DNA of 64,000 bases from Octopus sinensis. Its lineage: Eukaryota. Of this stretch, positions 55,470 to 64,000 are shown one piece after another. Made by a program: the position numbers and the translations under genes. The stretch covers positions 39,680,001 to 39,744,000 of the forward strand of contig NC_043005.1 in the NCBI RefSeq assembly GCF_006345805.1, read 5' to 3'. How positions within the stretch are numbered: position 1 is the first letter of the stretch; each line of letters begins with the position of its first letter. Below the pieces are notes generated by a model. That model made no database searches. It was not told the origin of the DNA and saw only the letters and a program-made list of their open reading frames with translations.

Positions 55470-56158
55470 GCGTGTATGTATGTACGTATGTAAGAATATA
55501 TATAGATATATAAGTTTATATTTATACATGTATGCGTGTATGTAGGTCGGTATTTATGTATGCATGTATGTATGTATGTATGTATATATTTATGTATGTA
55601 TATATATATATGTGTGTGTATATATATGTATGTATATTTGTGTGTATATATTGGGTGCTGCATGTTTCCGTTTCGACGCGTTTCAGCTAATATACCAAAT
55701 CATATTATGGCTGTTTATTTCTGCAATGTACAACAAAAGTATATAACAGAAAAAGGATATTTCGATATTGGATTCCTTGTTCTATAATACGATTTTGTTC
55801 GGTCAAGGAGAATCTCGCAGATCTGCTTTTCCGTTTTCCTTTCTCCCTTTTTACACACACACACACACACACGATACATATATATATATATACTATATAT
55901 ATATATATATATAATATATTATATTGCTTTTGTCTTTTTGTCTTCTTTTGTAGGAACCAGCTGGTTAAGACAGGCGTTTTACTTGCAGTTAACTAGAAAG
56001 GCAGTCAATGAGATGATATAACGTACAGCAAGGATTTTTGCCAAAGGAGCAGAGGGAAATGAAATTACCACGGATATATATATCTAATAAGAACTACACC
56101 TACTATATACTGTATACATATGTATAAATATATATATATGTATGCGTCTATACATACA

Positions 56159-56197
<39 letters not shown>

Positions 56198-56316
56198 TAT
56201 ACTATAATTATATTACATTTATATTATTATAAAGAATTATATATATATATATATTATATATATATAGATATATATATATATATATATACAGTATATAGTA
56301 TTATTACATGCACGTA

Positions 56317-56359
<43 letters not shown>

Positions 56360-56657
56360 TATATATATAAATGTATATAAATTATATATATATATATATA
56401 TATATGTCTATATATGTTCGTAAAGATTTGTAATCAAATAATGGAATTTTGTATGTACGTATTTATAAGTGTACGTATATTGCAATAAAGGTATATAAGG
56501 TATATTATATATATATATATTATATATTATATATATATATATATTATATATATATATATGTATATATATGTATACAAATATACATATATATATAGAGCGA
56601 GAGGGAGACACACACACACACATATATATATTATATATATAATATATTATATACATA

Positions 56658-56718
<61 letters not shown>

Positions 56719-57176
56719 GTGTGTGCATGTGAATGTGTGCATGTGTCTTTATGTATAAACTTATACATTTACATATATGTACGCTTAGAAATACATACTT
56801 ACAAACTAACATTTAATAACAGATGTATATAATATATAAAGATAAATCCATATAAGGTTTCGTGGTCCATATGCTCTTACCCAATATATGTTGTAGCCAT
56901 GGATAAGACACTTAACTTTCCCTGTATTTGTAAGGTGTTAACAGAACGACTATTTTATTGCTGCACACAACGTAATCATCGTCCATTTTCTGTGCGTTTC
57001 TTTAGTCCTTCAGTTTAAATATTTATTACAAGGCCAACCTGAAAATGATTTAATAAGATTTCTCTTGGAAACAATTTACATCAAAAAAGTCATTCATCAA
57101 TATGCTATCAGAATTATTTGGTTTATTTTCCGGTTGTTCTTACGAAAAGTGTTTGCAGTAATACAATTGTGTCTCG

Positions 57177-57235
<59 letters not shown>

Positions 57236-57251
57236 GCATGCATATATATAT

Positions 57252-57322
<71 letters not shown>

Positions 57323-58532
57323 CGTCATGCTTGGTTACTTTTTCGTTTAACACACTAATTTATATCACTCTGAATAAGTGGTTCTTAACCTTAGCAGTAT
57401 CACTGCGTTGGAGACATTTTTGGTTGACCAAAATACGGCAAATGCCAAGAGGGCACATTGTGATGTTACGGCGTAGGATAGTCAATGTTTAGAAATGTTT
57501 AAACCATGTACAATAACTTGTATTTTAAGCATATTTGCAAAAACGCCTTAGATGGGATTAAAATTGTGACATTGTTTGATCATTGACCAGAAACCTTATG
57601 GATGATGAACAAAGGTGCAATATACCTTATTTATTCGTATATAAATCACGTACATTTAAATTTGATTTTAACTGAAAAAGACTGCTATGTGACATATAAA
57701 CGGAGTAAGACTAAAAGCTAAAACTATAAAGGAAAATTATTTTGTACCAAGATTTATCAGTAAATCAGAGGTGCGACATATACACGAGTAAAGCCTGTAA
57801 TTTCATTATATAAACCTTTGTATTCTGTTTTAAGTTCCATATAAATTTAACCTAGAGGTCACCAGCTTAAGAAAATCTCTAAGAAGTGGTACATTTGAAG
57901 GGAATAGTATTCGAAAATATAGATAAGAAGACACTACACAAAAGTCTATTCTGTTTGAGTAAAATAATGAGCTGCTTTCATTAGTTACTTTCGAATGGGG
58001 TGGTGAAATCGAATTTCATTTTTATAATGACTTTCAGTGAAAGGAGTGGAGCTGAGCTACAAAAGTTTAAGAATCACTGTTCTAAAGCTAGTTTATGGCT
58101 ACTCTCTTTGGTGGATTTGTGCTTTACCATGCTTTTCTGATATATTTAGAGAAATAGTTATATTACTAGCACTCTGGCATTCTAAAACTGAAGACATTTA
58201 AAACTATTACAGGCTGACATATTTCGCTGTAATTATTCTACGCATAAACAGAATTTAAATTTGAAATCTGCATAGTTTCTACCTAAAACTGACAGGTAGT
58301 TGCTTACGAGTTCGTTATGTGTACGTCACTGGGGTTGAATGTGTCAACTGTCATCAACCAAAGCTCCGCTGATGATGGTATTGTTTGTATCTTTAAAACG
58401 CTACTAGTTTTCAGAAACGCAACTGTTTCGTATTATCTTTCTCTACTCTCTCTCTCTCTCTCTACCTCTCTCTTCCTTTCTCACGCCGCTGTATGTATAT
58501 TTATATATATATATATATATATACAGTTGCCA

Positions 58533-58723
58533 TGATAGATCGTTAGCCACTAGACACATTTTTTTCTCTCCTTATTTCTCTCCTTGTTTTTTCTGTTTCC
58601 CTTTCTGTAGAAAAGCGTAGGCTCGAAACGTAAAAGACTTTTTCTATTCCTGAGCGTTATACTAATACATCAGTTTATTTTGTACACCACCTGTCTTCGT
58701 CTTTTGTTTTTTCCGTAAATTCT

Positions 58724-58725
<2 letters not shown>
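58533..58725 (+). mobile_element. TA-embedded ~190-bp element (family A), hammerhead-like motif at 58601-58636
   Basis: CTTT CTGTAGA A AAGC GTAG GCTC GAAAC GTA AAAG; followed directly by (TA)n. Confidence 0.8.
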
Positions 58726-58789
<64 letters not shown>

Positions 58790-58812
58790 TGTTGTTGTTT
58801 TGTTTTTTTGTT

Positions 58813-59107
58813 CCTTCCCGAGCCATGCCTGGCTCATAAGGACCGAATTTCTGGTTTCATTGGCGTATACGTATAGGTTCCCCAGCTGTACGGTACACCG
58901 GTCTGTCGCAGGTGAGCTGCTAGATGATGGAGGAAAGAGTGAGAGAAAGATGTGGCGAAAGAATCAGCAGAAGTTCGCCACTACCTTCTGCTGGAGCCGC
59001 GTAGAGCTTAGGTGTTTCACTCATAAGCACATCGCTCGGTCTGAGATTCGAATCCGCGATCTCTCGACTACGAGTTTGCTGCTTTGTCCACTAGGCTATG
59101 TGCCTCC
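58813..59107 (-). mobile_element. tRNA-derived SINE of a third family with (CAA)-rich tail
   Basis: Head GGAGGCACATAGCCTAGTGG (A box) ... GGATTCGAATCTC (B box); tail ends GGCTCGGGAAGGAACAAAAAAACAAACAACAACAA. Confidence 0.8.
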
Positions 59108-59113
59108 ATGTAT

Positions 59114-59153
<40 letters not shown>

Positions 59154-59172
59154 CACACACACACACAAAGAA

Positions 59173-59203
<31 letters not shown>

Positions 59204-59272
59204 TGGACAGACGGACAGACAGACAGACAGATAGACAGACAGATAGACAGACAGACAGACAGGCAGATAGAC

Positions 59273-59353
<81 letters not shown>

Positions 59354-59874
59354 TATGGCTATTCTCTTGAAATATTTTTTTTTAGAATTGGGTAGATTTT
59401 TAACTGACAAAAAAATTACCTACGACAATATAAGTTTCAATATCAATATCGAGTATAAATATTTTCACTCTACTGTTGACATTTTCACTCTTCCGTTGAT
59501 ACAGTTTATGGACTACACGCAAGATGCACATTTCCTTTGTGTGAAAACTGAAATTGTTAGTCCGTATGGATAAGTTTTAGTTATCGAAGAAACTTACGAT
59601 AAAATTTTTTTTTTCCTTTACTTTAATGAAATGATTATAGCTGACCTCCACAAGAGTACAAGATGTTTTTGAATCTTGTAAATAATTATCAGGTTAGCTC
59701 TGCTTCCAAAAAGCGAACGTTTTGCTGGAAATGTTCCATCAATATTGCTTACGCAGAAAGGTGTGAATTTACTGAACATCAAAAATATTTCATATATACG
59801 TATGTATATACATACACATGCATGCGTACATATATACATATATATGTAATCACACACGGACACACACACACACG

Positions 59875-59933
<59 letters not shown>

Positions 59934-60469
59934 TACACACACATACACTCAATGTCCCGGAGCATTCTTTCTTACAGATGACATTGTATATTGTTTTAGT
60001 AACGATGCCATGTCACATAAGACATGTTGATGACATTTTGGAGAGTTTGCTGATCCCATGAGTAAAGTGCCTTTCAATGTCTTTTAATGATAATGCAACA
60101 TAATCGACATATTCGGTTGTATTTGGGATGTAAGAACCTTGCTGTCACTACTTCTTTTTAATGAAATATTTTGTAGCTAACTCTCTTGCTTTTGCAATGA
60201 AAAATCATAACCTCCATAATGTGACGTGTCGTTCCGATCTCGAGTTCAAAGAGAGGTTATACTCTTTGAAAATGTTTTCAATGTTGTCAAGTTTCCGACA
60301 AACACAACTGCACAACTTTTTTATAGTTTAGCCCCAGGTAAACCTTGCTCAAGTATACCTATAATCAAAGCAACATTCTGTCATATGTTTTGACAATGTA
60401 TCATTTGGTTGTTGTTTCTAGCAGTTCCAGAGACCACTTTGAGATTATTTCGTTGATTTGTCCATACAT

Positions 60470-60600
60470 AACACTCTCTTTTACTCTTTTACTTGTTTCA
60501 GTCATTTGGTTGTGGCCATTCTGGAGCACCGTTTTTAGTCGAGAAACTCGACACCACGACTTATTCTTTGAAAGCCTAGTACTTATTTTATCGGTCTCTT
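60470..60600. mobile_element. SINE-like repeat fragment
   Basis: CTCTTTTACTTGTTTCAGTCATTTGGTTGTGGCCATTCTGGAGCACCG...TAGTACTTATTTTATCGGTC includes the AAAATAAGTAC core on the minus strand; a related tail occurs near 7600-7660. Confidence 0.5.
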
Positions 60601-60750
60601 TCAAATACACGTATTCTTAAAGAGGAAGTTGTTAGCTTCGTGGTAGTGGTAGTGGTAGTATTATCTCCGATTTATTTTCGGGCTTTTGGTTTTGATCGAA
60701 AGTATTCTTTTACCATTGTTGTTTATTATATGGGATGTTGGCTATTTTGG

Positions 60751-61200
60751 GTTTAATTTCGGATTTAGAATTCTTATAAACTATTCTTCTTTGGCCTTTC
60801 GTAAAATGACAATATTTAAAATTTTACATTTGCAGATATCTAGATGTTCACTGCATGGGAAATTCCAAAGAGATAAATCACTATTTTTTTTGTTTATGCA
60901 CATTGACACGGCTGGTGAGTTTCTTTCCTATTTCCCAATGTAGTTTTCATTGTATTGTAGGCATCTAATGTAGTAGATGAGCTTTTTTTTTATTTGCAAT
61001 TCATGTATGTATTCACTTTTAATTCCTTCCCATTCTTGAGTCCTTTGGTTGTTCTTTGTTCAATTAATTAGCATGCCCCACACTGGGGGTCACTACAGTT
61101 GGTCTTTACAGTTGGTTACTTTTTCAAACGTGAATCTCACCTTTGTTATCAGTCTGAGGTTTGGTGGTTGTTTTCGAGTGTTGATAATTTGTGATTTTTT
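60751..61200 (-). mobile_element. Second Neptune-type Penelope relic (Cys motif and GIY-YIG)
   Basis: KQPPNLRLITKVRF / CSDPQCGAC*LIEQ...LKVNTYMNCK / KLIYYIRCLQYNENYIGK* / GKKLTSRVNVHKQ...PCSEHLDIC...FIRILNPKLN. Confidence 0.8.
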
Positions 61201-61219
61201 AATCATTCGTTTTATATAT

Positions 61220-61257
<38 letters not shown>

Positions 61258-61385
61258 GGACCGGCTTCTTTCAGTTTCCGTCTACCTAATCCACTCATTA
61301 AACTTGGTCAGCCCAAGGCTATAGTAGAAGATACACCAAAGTGCCATGCAAAGGAACTGAACCCGAAGCCATGTGGGTGGGAAGC
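61258..61385 (-). mobile_element. tRNA-derived SINE of a fourth family, ending in (TA)n; degenerate relative near 55085-55185
   Basis: Minus strand has GGGTTCAGTTCC B-box, CTTCTACTATAGCCTTGGGCTGACC body and GTAGACGGAAACTGAAAGAAGCC tail. Confidence 0.7.
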
Positions 61386-61484
61386 ATTAGGGGACAAAGA
61401 CAACTGAATGAACTTACTAGGCAGTAGGCACCGCGCGGTTAATTAAAACAAATAATATATATACTGTATAAATATATATACTGC

Positions 61485-61521
<37 letters not shown>

Positions 61522-61540
61522 TACACATACATTTATATAT

Positions 61541-61659
61541 ACTGTATAATATATATACTGTATAATATATATACTGTATAATATATATACTGTATAATAT
61601 ATATACTGTATAATATATATACTGTATAATATATATACTGTATAATATATATACTGTAT
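61541..61659. repeat. 16-bp minisatellite (ACTGTATAATATATAT), 7 full copies plus a partial
   Basis: Unit starts at 61541, 61557, 61573, 61589, 61605, 61621, 61637 and 61653. Confidence 0.9.
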
Positions 61660-62406
61660 GTATATATTATTATATATATATATGTGTGTGTGAGTGTGTG
61701 TGGTGTGTGTATGACTTCCGTTATTTTTGACATAAGCAGTTATTTCGGGAGAAAAACGCTCTGACAGAAATCTTGCAGTCAAAGTTTATATTTGAAAGTT
61801 CGAGAGAGAGGGGGCGGGACACATAATGACACGCTTCGTCAATGTGTGTCTCGACTCCAGTATCTTCTTACGTAGCAGTTTGGCTGTTGTAAATCGCGCA
61901 CAAACTACCTTCAGAAACAATGGTCGCCTTTGTCTTCGAAAACCACTTCATCTCTCAAGCTTAGGTACAGTTATTTCTTAATTCTTTGAGTTCCTTTACT
62001 ATTTATTTTACTATTACATGGTATTGCAAAGTTGTTGATCTTACGCCGTGCTTTCTTTCTTGTTTTTTTCTTATGTCTTTCTTTTTGTCCTCTACATTCA
62101 TTTCAGACCTCCTTCTTCCAATATTATAGTTGTTTTTTTGTTTTTTTTGGAGAAATCCTATAAAATACTGAAGCTATTATACACCATCACACCCTCTTTC
62201 ACTTTGAATTCACATACTCAACTTACATCCAGACATATTCATTTTGCGACACAGTCATGCTGCACGGACACTCTTTTTGTACTAGCTTATCACTTCGGAG
62301 AAAGTTACAACTTCCGTCTCCTTTCCCACAGATTCTGCGTTTGTTCTCTAAGTTTTATCAATCTTTGACTTTATCAAATTCTTTTTAATGGCTTGTTCCT
62401 GAGAGA

Positions 62407-62475
<69 letters not shown>

Positions 62476-62652
62476 GTTATTATTATTATTATTATTGTTG
62501 TTGTTGTTATTGTTATTATTATTATTAGTATTATTATTATTACTATTATTATTATTATTACTATTATTAATATTATTATTATTATTATTTCTATTATTAA
62601 TATTTTCATTTTTATTATTATTATTGTTATTATTGTTGTTGTTATTGTTTTA

Positions 62653-62712
<60 letters not shown>

Positions 62713-63129
62713 CGTTATTGTCATTATTCCTATTATTATTTGCTTTCCTCTTTCTACCTCAACACTCTTCATAATCATAAAAGTAATTCAAGTACAAATA
62801 AGCTATTTTTGTTTGAAACATAACATTTAGATAAGCGAACAGTGAAAGGACATTTTTTGGTTAAAAATCAGTTGGGGTTCCTTCAATTCAAGATTTAATT
62901 AGAAGACTTTTGTTGTTGAATCAAAAGCTTTCTGTGTTTCTATGATTTCGAAAAATCGATCCATTGAACAAAGAAAAATATGTAAAAAAAAAAAAGAAAG
63001 AAAGAAAAAAGAATAATAAATAAATGAGAATAATAAATAAAAAGTAAACTAACATAAAACGGATAACAGATGGTGATAACTTATTAATAAAAAATGATTA
63101 TAACAAATAACAATGACGGCTATAATAAC

Positions 63130-63182
<53 letters not shown>

Positions 63183-63259
63183 TAATAATAATGATAATGA
63201 TAACAATATTAATAATAATAATAATAATAATGACGATGATGATGATGATGATGATGATG

Positions 63260-63295
<36 letters not shown>

Positions 63296-63549
63296 GCAAT
63301 CTGTTGATAATATTAATAAATATATGAAACAACTTTTACAAATAAATACTTGTTTGTAATGAATTGTGACAACATAAATAAAATACAATAAAATAAAGCA
63401 GTAAAAATTCAACTACAACAGCAAAAACAACAGTATAAAAATAAGAAAAATCAAGAACTGATTTTCTTTATTCTTATTATTCTTTATTATTTTATGTCGT
63501 GTTTTATTACTAGTATTATTATAGCCGTTGTCTTACTATTGTTATATTA

Positions 63550-63589
<40 letters not shown>

Positions 63590-63670
63590 CATTATATTAT
63601 TATTATATTATTATTATCATTATATTATTATTATCATATTATTATTATTATTATTATTATATTATTATTA

Positions 63671-63701
<31 letters not shown>

Positions 63702-63708
63702 GTTATTA

Positions 63709-63740
<32 letters not shown>

Positions 63741-63844
63741 CTATGTTTGACTTTTGCTTTATGTTTGTACAAGTTGGCTCCAAGTCTCACCCAGAGACCA
63801 TTATTATTATTATTATCATTATTATTATTATTATTATTATCATC

Positions 63845-63922
<78 letters not shown>

Positions 63923-63930
63923 ATCATTAT
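62407..63930. repeat. Large cluster of (ATT)n / (AAT)n / (GAT)n / (GTT)n tracts in alternating orientation
   Basis: (ATT)n about 62407-62710, (AAT)n about 63120-63297, (ATT)n about 63540-63930. Confidence 0.9.
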
Positions 63931-64000
63931 TATTATTATTATTAGTTGTATTCTTGTTGTTGTTTTTGCTGTTGTTGTTGTTGCTGCTGGTGCTCGTGGT

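Noticed and set aside
57765-57795. GGTGCGACATATACACGAGTA resembling a Tc1/pogo-type terminal repeat
   Set aside because: No matching partner TIR or transposase was seen in the window.
60050-60610. Possible hAT transposase remnant (KWSLELLETTTK)
   Set aside because: Similarity is marginal, and part of the region is explained by a SINE-like fragment.
61800-61830. GC box (GGGGGCGGGAC) as a promoter
   Set aside because: Single short motif with no supporting TSS or downstream exon evidence.

Overview
Repeat-saturated, AT-rich eukaryotic DNA. The microsatellite load and tRNA-derived SINE families point to an octopus (coleoid cephalopod) genome; this is an inference from sequence style, not a database result. 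No host protein-coding exon was recognised with confidence, so the window looks intergenic or intronic. Nearly all ORFs in the supplied track are translations of microsatellites. Supported content: one intact tRNA-Gln(UUG) gene (34078-34149, minus); many tRNA-derived SINEs, including dimeric and trimeric forms stacked in (AAT)n tracts; decayed non-LTR retrotransposons (R4/Dong-type RLE elements, RTE, at least four Penelope-like relics); a mariner-derived MITE; and numerous inverted repeats. The best candidate for something undescribed is a family of about 190-bp non-coding elements embedded in (TA)n tracts, each carrying a minimal type I hammerhead-ribozyme-like motif with covarying stems. These look like Penelope pseudo-LTR or retrozyme-like units, and most copies carry a non-canonical core (CUGUAGA or CUGUGGA). 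There are no CRISPR arrays or prokaryotic systems.
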